Position numbers and translations under genes: made by a program. 64,000 nt of DNA from Ranitomeya imitator (Eukaryota): assembly GCF_032444005.1 (NCBI RefSeq), contig NC_091282.1, forward strand, positions 644,800,001 through 644,864,000, read 5' to 3'. Numbering within the stretch: position 1 is the first letter of the stretch; each line of letters begins with the position of its first letter. Under the pieces are notes generated by a model. It had not been told where the DNA came from. It did not search any database and saw nothing but the letters and a program-made list of their open reading frames with translations. Of this stretch, positions 1-14,390 are shown piece by piece.

Positions 1-369
1 GACGTGGATATGGGTGTGACTAGTTTTGAAATGGGTCTAGTCAGAGGCGTGGCCTAAAATTTGCCGCGGCGCACTACACGCGCCGCAAACTTTATACCTC
101 CTTCCCTTCTTCAAAAGTTGGGAGGTATGGTACCACATTTGCCAGATCACGGCAAGTGCCGCAAATCCCATAGAGAATGACTGAGGCCGAACGCAGTGTT
201 GCCATAAGTGATCCGTTACGCGGAAGATGCAGAAAAACTGCCCGATCTGCTGCAAAAGGCGACTTTCACATCAGCGATTTTTGCCAAAGTCACTGCCGAT
301 AGTGTCATACTCACCAAAAGGGGAGGCAGAGCTAAAAGTGCCTAGGGCAGCAGAAACTCTAAATACGGC

Positions 370-880
370 CCTGGGGGGCTACATTATATTCTGTGGGGGG
401 ACTGCATTATACTCAAGGTACTACATTATATTATGGGGGCTACATCATACTATATGAGGGGTTACAGTATACTCTATGGGGGGCTGCATTATATTCTGTG
501 GTGGGGCTGCATTATTCTCTCAGGGGACTACATAATATTATGGGGGCTACATCATACTATATGAGGGGGCTACAGTATACTCTATGGGGGGGCTGCATTA
601 TATTCTGTGGTGGAACTGCATTCTCTCAGGGGACTACATTATATTCTGTGCTGGGTGGCATTATACTATATGAGGGGGGGCTGCATTATACCCTATGGGG
701 GTGCTACATTATATTCTATGGTGGGGACTGTGTCATACCTGAGAGGGTTGCATTATATTTTGTGGGGTGCTGCATTATATTCTATGAGAGGGGACTGCAT
801 TATATTTTATGAGGGGGCTACATTATATTCTGTGAGGGGGCTACCCCAACCCTTGCTACATTATTAAGACGTGAACTACC
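370..880. repeat. Degenerate GC-skewed minisatellite (~21-23 bp, ggggctacattatattctgtg-like), probably internal to an old non-autonomous DNA element
   Basis: Recurrent ggggg-ctgcattatattct(a/g)tg units; overlapping G/Y/I-rich ORFs are repeat translations. Confidence 0.8.
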
Positions 881-1009
881 TTATATTATACCCTGATATT
901 AGCGCTTTTTACCGCACAATTGGTGGTCTTGTATCTATTTCTATGTAGCTACATAGTGGGCCCCAAGAATGATTTTCTCTGGTGGGCCAAAGGTGCTGCA
1001 GTCCGACGC

Positions 1010-1195
1010 TGCCGGCTTCTATGTAGTGGAAGAACGGGCTGGTGACATTACCCAGACTCCTGTGATGTCACCGGCTTCTATGTAGTGGAAGTACAGGCTG
1101 GTGACATTACTCAAACTCCTGTGACGTCATCAGCTTCTATGTACTGAAAGTACAGGCTGGTGACATCATCAATGTCTTCTGTGATGTCACCAGTT
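1010..1195. repeat. Three tandem ~58-bp units, each with an internal inverted repeat
   Basis: ggcttctatgtagtggaagtacaggctggtgacat...gtgatgtcacc repeated 3x; GGTGACAT/ATGTCACC inverted pair in each unit. Confidence 0.8.
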
Positions 1196-1310
1196 TTAAC
1201 TAATTTTACCCATGCCACTAGAAATTTAGGGACCTCCCAGAATAATCACATGATGCAACCTCAACCGATTGGGCTTTTGTCACACTAGACTTTTGCAACT
1301 CCACATCGAA

Positions 1311-1949
1311 GGCCGGCGTCACACACAGCGTAAAACAATACGGTCCGTAGCTCCTCCGTAGGCAGGGTGTGTCAGCGTTTTTTGCGCATGGCATCCTCCG
1401 TATGTAATCTGTATGGCATCCGTACTGCGTGTTTTTCTCGCAGGCTTGCAAAACCAACATACCGCTATAGAAGGGATCCATGTGTCACCCAAAAAAAAAA
1501 ATATATATATATACTGTCTATATACATATATATATATATATACATATATATACATATATATATATATATACATATATATAGATGTGCCTTTTCTGGGGTG
1601 GCTGGGGGCAGATGTTTTTAGCCAGGGGGAGGCCAATAACCATGGACCCTCTCCAGGCTATTAATATCTGCCCTCAGTCACTGGCTTTACTACTCTGGCG
1701 GAAAAAATTGCGCGGGAGCCCACGCCAATTTTTTCCGCCATTTAACCCTTTAATTTAGTAGATAGAACGGCCAAATTTTGCATATACACACTACTAACAT
1801 TAGTAGTGTGGAATATGCAAAAAAAAGGTGATATGACATGGTTTACTGTATGTAAACCATGTCTCATATGTCGGGTTTAGGAAGGAGATAGCAAAAGCCG
1901 GTAATTGAATTACCGGCTTTAAAGCTATCTCGCGCTGGAAGAAATATTA

Positions 1950-1988
<39 letters not shown>

Positions 1989-1999
1989 TGTGTTTCACT

Positions 2000-2036
<37 letters not shown>

Positions 2037-2179
2037 ATTCTATGTGTACACATTTATTCTACCTATTCTTCTGTAAGCTGTCAGTGTGATTTTACTGTAC
2101 ACCGCAATTGAATTAACGGCTTTAAAGCTATCACGCGCTGTATGAAGTAATAATATATATATATATATGTGTCTCACTG

Positions 2180-2215
<36 letters not shown>

Positions 2216-2594
2216 CCTATTCTATGTGTACACATTTATTCTACCTATTCTACTGGAAGCTGTCAGTGTGATTTTACTGTACACCGCACTGAATTGCCGG
2301 CTTTTCTCTCTAACACCGCTGCGTATTTCTCGCAAGTCACACTGCTGGTCCGTGTGTAATCCGTATTTTTCAGGCTTCCATAGACTTTCATTGGCGTATT
2401 TCTTGCGCAGTACGGTGACAAACGCAGCATACTGCGATTTTCTACGGCCGTAGAAAGCCGTATAATACGGATCTGTAAAATACGGCAGATAGGAGCAGGG
2501 GCATAGAGAATAATTGTGCCGTTTGTTTTGCGAGTTTTACAGACGTATTTTCTGCGCTCATACGTCCGTAAAACTTGCAAGTGTGACGGCGGCC
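1311..2594. mobile_element. PIF/Harbinger-like non-autonomous element (MITE) with internal (TA)n tracts
   Basis: TIRs ggccggcgtcacac (1311) / gtgtgacggcggcc (to 2594); flanks gaa/taa resemble a TNA TSD; internal ~200-bp duplication and (TA)n runs. Confidence 0.7.
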
Positions 2595-3849
2595 TAAAGG
2601 TTGGCAATGGGGTCAGTATGTATGTAGTGCAAACATAACCTTTAGGGGTTTTGGTAATAGATCGCCCTTGAATTTGCAGCACGCAAAGCAATTGTAACCC
2701 ATTGGGTTTTGCCGATGTTCCACCACTTAATGTTGCCATCACTCTAAAATAAGGAAATCTAAACATTTTTTAAAAACATAAATTTAGTATCTGTTGTGTC
2801 CATAAAAGTCAGATGTATCAAAGTACAAAATGATTTAATCCATATGTTAAACATACAGAATTCTCGTATGAACTTGCTGTTGGTAAAAATAAAAAGTTAT
2901 GGATCTTGGAAGAAAAGAAGAAAAAAAGAAAGAACAATAAAAAGAAACAATGGCAGAGGAGGGAAAAATCCTTTTGTTCATGTCCCATATCACAGTCGCT
3001 GAGATCCCCATAGACACAGAGGCTTTGTGCATTATATACCGTGCCTTGCTGCTATTAGTGGGTTTTATATATGCTGCCATTTGTTACATCACATCCATTT
3101 TCTTGATATTTCCACACAAAAAATATATATAAAATATTTAATGAAAATCCGCTACCAGCCACTTCACCCAGAATTTGTGCACTGAGCTGTTTGCTCTAGT
3201 ACTTTGCCATTTACTGCCGGCTGCTTCAAGCTTGTTAATCAAGCGCTGTCCCCGTTCTAAGCAAATCGTTAGCCAGATTTACGTCAACGGGCAAAGCGTT
3301 TCCAAGCAGAAAACTGAGGAAAGAAGAAAACATATATATACAACCAAAGTAACGATGAGCACATCTGCAAGCTCCACTCCACTCATCATGATCGTGTGCG
3401 ACGGACCTAAAAATGATGCGCGAGATCAGCTCTCCGACTGAAAAGCAGCCGCCGCGGACAAAGAATTTCCAGCAGCTCGGACCTTTCTGTAAAATAATGG
3501 TTAAGTGAGAAGCGAATGGGAAAATATAGAAGCGTGCGGATACTAATTATCTGGATTGAAGAACTTATGTGCTGACCAGACCTCGGGGGAAATCACAGTT
3601 CTGGAGGCATTAATGTAAAAAAAAAGTGCTACAGACAACACTATTAGTATATATGGCAAGTATCCGCCACAGAGAACACAGATTTTTTTAATTTAACAGC
3701 AAGTGCGAGGCCCATATATCATACTGGACCCTTGTACCAGACATATATGCTCTCGTTCTATTGTCTATCTGGTGACAATGGAATTGTGTAGAAATGAGAG
3801 GGAGAAGGCAGATTTCCTCTAGAGGTTTACAATGCATACTTACTATGAC

Positions 3850-5990
3850 ACCTATCTTATGTACAAAACTACTTTAATACTGCCCCTATGTATAAGAATA
3901 TAACTGCTATAATACTGCCCTCTATGTACAAGAATATAACTACTATACTACAGCCCCTATGTACAAGAATATAACTACTATAATACTGCCCCTATGTACA
4001 AGAATATAACTACTATAATACTGCCCCTATGTACAAGAATATAACTACTATAATACTGCCCCTATGTACAAGAATATATAACTACTATAATACTGCTCCT
4101 ATGTACAAGAATATAACTACTATAATACTGCTCCCTATGTGCAAGAATATAACTACTATAATACTGCTTCTATGTACAAGAATATAACTACTATAATACT
4201 GCTCCCTATGTGCAAGAATATAACTACTATAATACTGCTTCTATGTACAAGAATATAACTACTTTAATACTGCCCCTATGTATAAGAATATAACTGCTAT
4301 AATACTCCTCCTATGTACAAGAATGTAACTACTAGAATACTGCTCCCTATGTACAAGAATATAACTACTATAATGCTGCCCCTATGTACAAGAATATAAC
4401 TACTATAATACTGCACCTATGTACAAGAATATAACTACTATAATACCGCTCCTATGTACAAGAATATAACTACTATAATACTGCTCCCTATGTGCAAGAA
4501 TATAACTACTATAATACTGCTTCTATGTACAAGAATATAACTACTATAATACTGCCCCTATGTACAAGAATTTAACTACTATAATACTGCCCCTATGTAC
4601 AATAATATAACTACTATAATACTGCTCCTATGTACAAGAATATAACTACTATAATACTGCTTCTATGTACAAGAATATAACTACTATAATACTGCTCCCT
4701 ATGTGCAAGAATATAACTACTATAATACTGCTTCTATGTACAAGAATATAACTACTTTAATACTGCCCCTATGTATAAGAATATAACTGCTATAATACTG
4801 CTCCTATGTACAAGAATATAACTACTAGAATACTGATCCCTATGTACAAGAATATAACTACTATAATGCTGCCCCTATGTACAAGAATATAACTACTATA
4901 ATACTGCACCTATGTACAAGAATATAACTACTATAATACTGCCCCTATGTACAAGAATATAACTACTATAATACTGCTCCCTATGTGCAAGAATATAACT
5001 ACTATAATACTGCTTCTATGTACAAGAATATAACTACTATAATACTGCCCCTATGTACAAGAATATAACTACGATAATACTGCCCCTATGTACAATAATA
5101 TAACTACTATAATACTGCTCCCTATGTGCAAGAATATAACTACTATAATACTGCTTCTATGTACAAGAATATAACTACGATAATACTGCCCCTATGTACA
5201 ATAATATAACTACTATAATACTGCTCTCTATGTGCAAGAATATAACTACTATAATACTGCTTCTATGTACAAGAATATAACTACTATAATACTGCTCATA
5301 TGTACAACGATATAACTGCTATAATACTGCTCCCTTTGTACAAGAATATAACTACTATAATGGTTCCCCCTATGTACAACCATATAACTACTATAATACT
5401 GCCCCTATGTACAAGAATATAACTACTGTAATACTGTCCCCTATGTATGAGAATATAATTACTATAATACTGCCCCCTATGTACAAGAATATAACTCCTA
5501 TATTACTGCTCCTATATACAAGAATATAACTACTGTAATACTGCCCCCTATGTACAAGAATATAACTACTATAATACTGCCCCTATGTACAAGAATATAA
5601 CTACTATAATACTGCCTCCTATGTACAAGAATATAACTCCTATATTACTGCTCCTATATACAAGAATATAACTACTGTAATACTGCCCCCTATGTACAAG
5701 AATATAACTACTATAATACTGCCCCTATGTACAAGAATATAACTACTATAATACTGCTCCCTATGTGCAAGTATATAACTACTATAATACTGCCCCTATG
5801 TACAAGAATATAACTACTATAATACTGCTCCTGTGTACAAGAATATAACTACTATAATACTGCTCCTATGTACAGGAATATAACTACTATAATACTGCCC
5901 CTATGTACAAGAATATAACTACTATAATACTGTCCCTATGTACAAGAATATAACTCCTATAATACTGCTCCTATGTACAAGGATGTACTG
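3850..5990 (+). repeat. 35-36 bp AT-rich minisatellite, ~60 copies
   Basis: tatgtacaagaatataactactataatactgcccc tandem units. Confidence 0.97.
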
Positions 5991-6843
5991 AAGGAAGGCA
6001 TATAACAGCAGATTCGCTATAATTTTAGGCATAATTGTCCCTGTGTGAAACGCATTGGCGGTACAGAGAAAGGGTTAAAGGGTTAAAGTGAGTACAGAGG
6101 GGTCCTTGTTTTTCTGGTTCATCACTGGAGAGATGCCGCTCTCAGACTGGTGAATACAAGAAAATATTGCAATTATAGCATCCAGCGAGCGAGCAAAGGC
6201 AGCGCATAACTTGTGCTGAGAACAGTGTGCGGAGCCTGACATTTCGTCCTTAATAAAATGTGCCGCTGGGCTGGTGTAAAGTTGTCCCAATTACACCAGA
6301 AAATGTGCCTTTTTTTATCTTTCCCAGGCATCAGAAAGCACATTTATTATACCAAGAGAGGAAGGCAGGCAAGGTTACTCTGAGGAAGAAGTGTATTCTG
6401 TGCTGATTCCCTCTCTGTATCTGCCCACCATATTTAACCCTATAGGCGAGCACCTGCATACTACATAATTACGTCCTGTAATGTCTTCGCAGGTTGCATT
6501 TAATTATTGCATGTAAAGGCGGCAATAAGTACAAATTATTGGAAATTTTCCACTTGGGAAATGAAAGGTTGGTAGCCTGTGATTTGCAAGGAGATTAAGT
6601 TCCAGCAAGCTGCGCTCATCTATGACTGACGGGTTTCGCTTCTGCCTCTTGCTCCGCCATTACTCTAGATCCATAGGAAATATTTTTTAAATCATATCTC
6701 AATCTATAAAATTTCAGACATTCCAAATATAAAACCAACACTGGATTCTCTTGGAAACTGACTGAGACAACCTGTAGAATTTTGATTCCTTGATATTTTA
6801 CGGTGTGTTCACCTGTTGCGGTATTAATTTTTCCATCGTGGTT

Positions 6844-7970
6844 TTAAAGGGTTGTACCCAACTCCATAAATGGGAATTGTTGGATAGTGCGTGTAAATAC
6901 AAGCAATTTTGTAATTTACTTCTTATTGAAATTTTCACCCTTTCTTAAAGGGAACCTGTCACCCCCAAAATCGAAGGTGAGCTAAGCCTCTGTAATGCTG
7001 TAGATAAGCCCCCGATGTATCCTGAAAGATGAGAAATAAAGGTTATATTATACTCACCCAGGGGCGGTCCCACTGCGGTCCGGTCCGATGGGTGTCCCTG
7101 TCCGGGGCCTCCCATCTTCATACGATGACGTCCTCTTCTTGTCTTCCTGCCTTGGCTCTGGTGCATGCGTACTTTATCTGTCCTGTTGAGGGCAGAGCAA
7201 AGTACTGCAGTGCGCAGGCGCTGGGAAAGGTCAGAGAGGCCCGGCACCTGCGCACTGCAGTACTTTCCTCTGCCCTCAACAGGGCAGACAAAGTACGCCT
7301 GCGCCGGAGCTGCAGCGTGAAGACAAGAAGAGGACGTCATCTGATGAAGATAGGAGGCCCCGCACGGACCGCGACACCCATCGGACCGGACCGCCCGCCC
7401 AGGTGAGTGTAATATAACCTTTTTCTCATCTTTCAGGATACATCGGGGGCTTATCTACAGCATTACAGAGGCTTAGCTCACCTTCGATTTTGGGGGTGAC
7501 AGGTTCCCTTTAAGAAGTGGTGAAAATTTCAATAAGCAGTAAATTACAAAATTGCTGATGTCGGTGGGCTTACCTCACCTGCGATTTTGGGGGTGACAGG
7601 TTTCCATTAACATGAAGACTTTTCTTTTGTCTACAGCTCATTGCCATGGAGACTGACCACCGCTGCTAGACAGCAGAACATGCTCAGTGCTTACAAACTC
7701 TTTTCTATTGAGCTTATTACCATTTTAAACTGGACAGGATTACTGGAGAGCGCATGGTTAATGTTAATCCTGGCCAGCTGCAGCACAGTGCTTACCAGCT
7801 AGACAGCAGAAGTGGTCGTGCTCCTAGGCAACGAGTTGGAAACAAAAAGAAAAGTGTTCATATCTCAAAAACTACTAAGAATTTTAATAAGCAATAAATG
7901 GCAAAAATACTTATTTTTATAGGCACAATCTGACAATATTAATCTATGAAGAAGGGAATAACCCCTTTAA
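6844..7970. mobile_element. Old TTAA-flanked (T2-like) MITE hosting a younger insertion
   Basis: ttaaagggttgtaccca at ~6844 and ataacccctttaa at ~7958-7970; degenerate inverted arms (6902-6935 vs ~7880-7915). Confidence 0.5.
6949..7509. mobile_element. Palindromic T2/Kolobok-like MITE
   Basis: TTAA-AGGGAACCTGTCACCCCC ... GGGGGTGACAGGTTCCCT-TTAA; ~90 bp identical terminal arms, fold-back throughout. Confidence 0.9.
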
Positions 7971-9199
7971 GCCTTGAAAAATTCTAATAAAATATTGAAT
8001 TGCATTGAGTTTTTACACTATGGTTGACGGATCGATTTGAAGGACTCTGGTTCATCAGCCAGGTCAGTAATTTTTGACTCATGGATGGGAGCTCTGCAAA
8101 TTTTTTTACCTTCCAGGATCCCAAGCAAGTCTTTTTATTTGGTGTCACATCGTCTGTATGGAAGGTAAGATTTTCGCAATCCTTCTGTCCGGTAGTCAGA
8201 GACTTCTGACCTGGCGGATGATGGACCAAAGTCCCTGATGGGAAAAATTGTCACCCCAGTTGACAAGGACCACTCACCTTGCAAATATTTATCTTGCCAT
8301 TTTTCCAAACCAACATATGGGTCTTATTAAAACTAGCTTTCTTTACAAGTATAACCTGTGATCTAGTGTTCCTTTCCTCCCAGCCAGCGACTCATCCTTT
8401 ATTTCCATTTGAAACATGTTTTCGCCAAGAGAAAAGCATTGCGGCTTGGTCTACGGGCCCCGCATCAAATAAGTCTGAGCCTGACGCACTCAGCCAACAA
8501 TAGACCCAGATTGTACGGTATGTAGCGAGCTCCGACAAGGTCATTCTGAACACGGGGGCTGTGATTAAAAGCCGCTACTTCTGCAGTCAACAGAGGACAC
8601 AACTGGCCTTTTATCTTCCCAACACGAATTGGACGCCCACAGCAAGAAATTCACCTAGCACCAAGGAAAAATACCCGTCTCCATGTAGAAGCCACTGCAA
8701 ATATATATTTTTTAGCACAGTCTTTTTTTTCCTCCTTAACGCTTTCTCGTATTCAACTGAATCCGTATTTTTCCTTTTCTGTCTGAAATCAATCTTTTCT
8801 TCTTTTTTTTTTTGCATTTTCAACCTGTCATGTCTGTGAAAAACACCTTGAATGTGGTTAGCAGATGCCACAAGAAACGGCAGAAGAGCCGATAAGTATG
8901 ACTTTGGCTGAGAGGATGTAAATTATTCCAACAAGCTATTCGAAGATTGTTCACCTGGGAAAGGTTTCGGGTCGAGGTGCTAACTTTTTCAAACAATTTT
9001 TAAACCATGTTCACCTAACATTTTAGGTTCTGCACATATAGACTCAACGCGTCTGCAAATGGAGGACAAAAGATGGCCGTTAAACAGTATTCATCTAATC
9101 AAGTCGTGGAAGAAGAAAGTTAACATCCATCGAAGGCATCAGTTTCCTGAACCCTTAGATGGTGATCAGCCTAACGACAGCTATCCCTCCCACTTCCCC

Positions 9200-10640
9200 T
9201 ATAGACATGAACACTCAGCAAAGCATGAATGGCTTTTCAATGGGAAAAGTGTCAAAAACATTGGACGATTTATCTCAACATGTCTGATCTTTCCTTCCCC
9301 AACATCATCTTTTGGGAGGCCACCTTGGATGATTCCCTACGGGTGAATTTCACTTTTTCTTATAATGTTGTCCATACATATTACATAAATGTCATCCGAT
9401 TTTGACAATAAGGAATGTCTGATCTTTTCCCCCCCAACAAAATCTTTTGGGAGACTAACTTAGATGGTTCCCAATAGGTGAGGATCACCACTTCTTTTGA
9501 AATGTTGCCTGTACACATTACATAAATGTCCAATTTAGCTTATAATGAATGCCTAATCTTTCCTTCCCCAATATGATCGTTTGGGAGGCCACTTTAGATG
9601 GTTCCCAATGGGAGAGGTCTAATGATGAGCGAGTATACTCGTTACTTGAGATTTGCCGAGCATGCTTGGGTGGTCTCCGAGTATTTCGGTGTGCTTGGAG
9701 ATTTATATTATGTCGATGCAGCTGCATGATTTGCGGCTGCTAGACAGCCTGAATACATGTGGGGATTCCCAAGCAAACAGGCAACCCCCACATGTATTCA
9801 AGCTGTCTAGCAGCCGCAAATCATGCAGCTGCGTCGACATAAACTAAATCTCCAAGCACGCCAAAATACTCGGAGACCACCCAAGCATGCTCGGGAAATC
9901 TCGAGTAACGAGTATACTCGCTCATCACTAGTGATGTTCAGCACTTTATTGAAATGTTGCCCATACACATCACATAAATGTTGGACAATTTCGAGCATAA
10001 CAAATGCCTGATCTATTTTTCCCTCAACATTATCTTTTGGGATACTACCTTAGATGGTTCCTAATTGCCAATATTTTTCCTGTAATGTTGCCAATGCACA
10101 TTGGATAATCATCATCTGATTTCGACCATAACAAATGCCTGATCTTTCCTTCCACAACATCATTTTTGGGAGGCTACGTTAGATGGTTCTCTAAGGGTGA
10201 GGTCCACTTTTTCCTGTAATGTTGCCCATACACATTAGATAAAAGGCAGATTTTGACCATAACGAATGCCTCATCTTTTTTCCCCAACATCATCTTTGAG
10301 GAGGCCACTTTAGATGGTTGCCAAGGGGGGAGATCCACTACTTTTTCTTTGTAATGTTGCCCATAGACATTAGTTAAACATCCCATTTTGACCATAATGA
10401 ATGACCGATATTTTTTCCCAATATCATCATTCGGGAGACTCCCTTAGATGGTTTCCATCTGGCGAGGGCCACCAATTTTCCCATGCACATTAGAAAAAAC
10501 CTTATCCGAATGCCTGATCTTTGGTTTCTCAACATGTTCTTTTGGAAGGCTACCTTAGATGACTCCCAACGGGTGAGGTCCAATACGTTTTTGTATTGTT
10601 GCCCATATTCATTAGATAAAAGTCATCCGATTTCGACCAT
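9200..10640. repeat. Degenerate ~120-bp tandem array (~10 units)
   Basis: Recurrent ctgatctttccttccccaacatcatcttttgggaggccaccttagatggttccc...tgttgcccatacacattaga. Confidence 0.8.
9620..9930. mobile_element. Palindromic hAT-like MITE inserted in the 120-bp array
   Basis: Termini ta(a)tgatgagcgagtatactcg / cgagtatactcgctcatcacta; ~145-bp near-perfect inverted arms; 8-bp TSD not seen. Confidence 0.8.
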
Positions 10641-11517
10641 AACGAACGATCGTCATCAGTTTCGGTGAAAGTTGGCTTTGATCGATGACCATACGATAAA
10701 CATTCATAATGGTCCACACACCATTCATTAAGGTTCATGGGGAAGGTAGATCGATGAAGTCTGTGATGTATTTTGAGCTGTCTTAGTTGGCCAAATTTAA
10801 TCTAATGTGTATGGAGGCCTTACGATGTATGAGGAATATTAATTAATTCTCCAGGATAATGAGTTGCAATTGGGCTCAGTGTGGACCAAAAAATATTTCA
10901 AGGTTCTGGGAGGTTTTGATGCCATTGCCAATATCTGACATGGCATCTTCATCTTGTACCATGGCAACACAGCGTAAAGTCGGAGGATATGAGATATCAC
11001 TAGCAAATGGCTGATTTGTTAGCGGCAGGTCCATTTATACATTTACTGATTCTTAAATCTTGACACTTTTTAAGTGGCCGGTGATGAAAAGAGCGTTAAG
11101 TTACTGTTTTCCTGATGCCCAATGGACTCGTATACAGACATTATTGATTATCTCACTAGTTTAATTGCTCTCAGTTGCACTATATATCTCATCGGTACTA
11201 TGATCTAATCACATTTACATTGACGGCATCACAGAAAGTTCTCCAGCTTTTACAGTGCTCCTTCACATTAAATAGCTGATTAAAAAAAAGAGAAGTATGT
11301 AAATAACTGTTGTCCATAAAGAAAAAAATCAGGACTTTTTGTGAGTCTTTAAAGCAGATCTTGTGATGCCCTTACTCCATCATAAGTTAAAACTGCTTTT
11401 GGTCAACACACCAGACCAATATGTTCAAGAACTGTCTTGATTCTCCAGCTATCTAACTTGTCATCCTAACATTTAAAGTAGGCGGTTTCCTTTCATTAGC
11501 ATTCTGACAGCAGTATA

Positions 11518-13169
11518 CAGTGGATACAGAAAGTACCGTATTCAGATCCCTTTAAATTTTTCACTCTTTGTTTCATTGCAGCCATTTGGTAAATTCAAAA
11601 AAGTTCATTTTTTCCTCATTAATGTACACTCTGCACCCCATCTTGACTGAACCACATCCCCCAGAAATGTAGTAATTTTTGCAAATGTATTAAAAAGGAA
11701 AAACTGAAATATCACATGGTCATAAGTTTTGAGACACTTTGCTCAGTATTGAGTAGAAGCACCCTTTTGAGCTAGTACAGCCATGAGCCTTCTTGGGAAT
11801 GATGCAACAAGTTTTTCACACCTGGATTTGGGGATCCTCTGCCAATCTTCCTTGCAGATCCTCTCCAGTTCCGTCAGGATGGATGGTGAACGTTAATGGA
11901 CAGCCATTTTCAGGTCTCGCCAGAGATAATGAATTGGGTTTGGGTCCGGGTTCTGGCTGAGCCACTCAAGAATGGTGAGAGAGTTGTTCTGAAGCCACTC
12001 CTTTGTTATTTTAGATGTCTGCTTAGGGTCATTGTCTTGTTGAAAGGTGAACCTTCGGCCAAGTCTGAGGTCCAGAGCACTCTGGAAGAGGTTTCCATCC
12101 AGGATATTCCTGTACTTGGCCACATTTATGTTTCCTTCAATTGCAATCAGTCGTCCTGTCCCTGCAGCTGAAAACCACCCCCATAGCATGATGCTGCCAC
12201 CAACATGTTTCACTGTTGGGATTGTATTGGGCAGGTGATGAGCAGTGCCTGGTTTTCTCCACACATACCGCTTAGAATTATCACCAAAAAGTTTTATCTT
12301 CGTCTCCTCAGACCAGAGAATTTTATTTCTCATAGTCTGGGAGTTCTTCATGTGTTTTTTTAGCAAACTCTATGAGGGCTTTCATATGACTTGCAGAGGA
12401 GAGGCTTCCATTGGGCCACTCTGCCATAATGGCCCAACTGGTGGATGGCTGCAGTGATAGTTGACTTTGTGGAACTTTCTCCCATCTCCCTACTGCATGT
12501 CTGGAGCTCAGCCACAGTGATCTTGGCCCTTGGGGTTCTTCTTTTCCTCTCCCACGAAGGCTCTTCTCCCACGATTGCTCAGTTTGGCTGGATGGCCAGG
12601 TCTAGGAAGACTTCTGGTGGTCCCAAACTTCTTCCATTTATGGATTATCGAGGCCACTGTGCTGTTAGGAACCTTGAGTACTGCAGAAATTCTTTTGTAA
12701 CCTTGGCCAGATCTGTGTGCCTTGGCCACAATTCTGTCTCTGAGCTCCTTGGCCAGTTCATTTGACCTCATGATTCTCATTTGGTCTGACATGCACTGTG
12801 AGCTGTGAGGTCTTATATATACAGATGTGTGCCTTTCCAAATCAAGTTCTATCAGTTTAATTAAACACAGCTGGCCTCAAATGCAGGAGTAGAACCATGT
12901 CAAGGAGGATCACAAGGAAATGGACAGCATGTGACTTAAATATGAGAGTCTGAGCAAAGGGTCTGAATACTTATGACCATGTGATATTTCAGTTTTTTCT
13001 TTTTCATTAAATTTGCAAAAATTTCTACATTTTGGCTTTTTTCAGTCAAGATTGGGTGCAGAGTGTACATTAATGAGAAAAAAATGAACTTTTTGGAATT
13101 TACCAAATGGCTGCAATGAAACAAAGAGTGAAAAATTTAAAGGGGTCTGAATACTTTCCGTACCCACTG
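11518..13169 (-). mobile_element. Full-length decayed Tc1/mariner transposon
   Basis: TA-CAGTGG...CCACTG-TA; ~220-bp TIRs; transposase motifs on the minus strand. Confidence 0.95.
11745..12771 (-). pseudogene. Tc1-family DD34E transposase, frameshifted
   Basis: Fragments MRSNELAKELRDRIV...GRP-like HTH, ILWSEETK, VKHVGGSIMLWG, FQQDNDPK, WLSQNPDPNPI spread across different frames. Confidence 0.9.
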
Positions 13170-13559
13170 TAGGTGCAAGAACTGCCTGGAATACTGCTAT
13201 AAAGTTGTTGGTTTTTTATTTGGATAAATAAAGTTTAAAGATTTTATGGATATGTGGAGCTTCATTATTTTGTGGACTACGCACTACCTTTATTCTCTAA
13301 CAATGGGGGATTTTCTCCTGGCTCTGCCATTTTCATAACAGGAAGAGAGCTTAACATTTTTTTTTAATCTTTGGTGTGGACTGCACTCTTACTTTCCAGC
13401 ATGCATTGCACATGCAATTATTCAATGACTTGCCTGCCCTGAATTGAAAGTCGGCCTCTGTGTTATGTCTGTATGCAGTTTGATTGACAGGAGAACAAGA
13501 CAGAAGAACAAGGGCAGAGAAACAAGCTCTCACATTGACACATACCCACCCCACTTTTT

Positions 13560-14390
13560 GTACAGAAGAACAACAAAGATATACCCTCACTTACTGTAGA
13601 GACACAGGAAGTGATACAGGATGAAGTTATTCCTGTAGAGATACAGTAACTCGCCCCACTTCATGTACAGTGATGAGGATCTGCCCCCAAATACTGTAGA
13701 GTGAAGAAGACCTGCTCACATTTCTTGTAGAGATACAGGAACAGATACAGGATGTGATACAGGAAGTTATTCCTGTAGAGATACAGTAACTTACCCCCAC
13801 TTCCTGTACAGTGATGAGTACCTGCCCACAAGTACTGTAGAGTGAAGACTTGCCCATACTTCCTGTAAAGAGACATAAACCCACCCCCACTTTTTTAAAG
13901 GCAAAGAGCTCCCCACTTCCTGTAGAGTGACAAAGACCCACTTCCACTTACTGTAGAGTAACAGAGGCTGCCCCTACTTCCTGTAGATTGACAAAAACCC
14001 ACTCCCACTTATTGTGGAGTGACAAAGACCTGCCCTCACTTCCTTTAAAGTGACAAAGATTCGACTCAATTACTGTAGAGTGAAAAGACCCGCCCCACTT
14101 CCTGTAGAGTAAGAAAGGCTATCCCTACTTCCTGCAGAGTGACAGAGACCCACCCCACTTCCTGTACAGTAACAAAGACTGCTCCTATTTCTCTGCAGAG
14201 TGACAAAGACCCGTCCTGCTTCCTGTAGAATAACAAAGGCTGCCCCTACTTCCTCTAGAGTGTCAGAGGCCCACCCCACTTCCTGTAGCATAACAGAAGC
14301 TGCCCCTACTTCCTGTGTAGTAACAAAGACCCGCCCCACTTCTTGAAGAGTAACAGAGGCTGTCACTACTTCCTGTGGAGTGACATAGAC
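13560..14390. repeat. Degenerate ~30-bp monomer minisatellite (ccccacttcctgtagagtgaca...)
   Basis: Variable monomers all sharing acttcctgtagag. Confidence 0.85.

Noticed and set aside
393-867. Low-complexity ORFs here and at 24057-24506, 45536-46011 and 58787-59357
   Set aside because: Minisatellite translations
8279-8360. Strong minus-strand donor CAAG|GTGAGT at ~8278 with a 78-nt open frame
   Set aside because: The upstream acceptor lacks a pyrimidine tract, extensions hit stops in all frames, and the peptide is unrecognised
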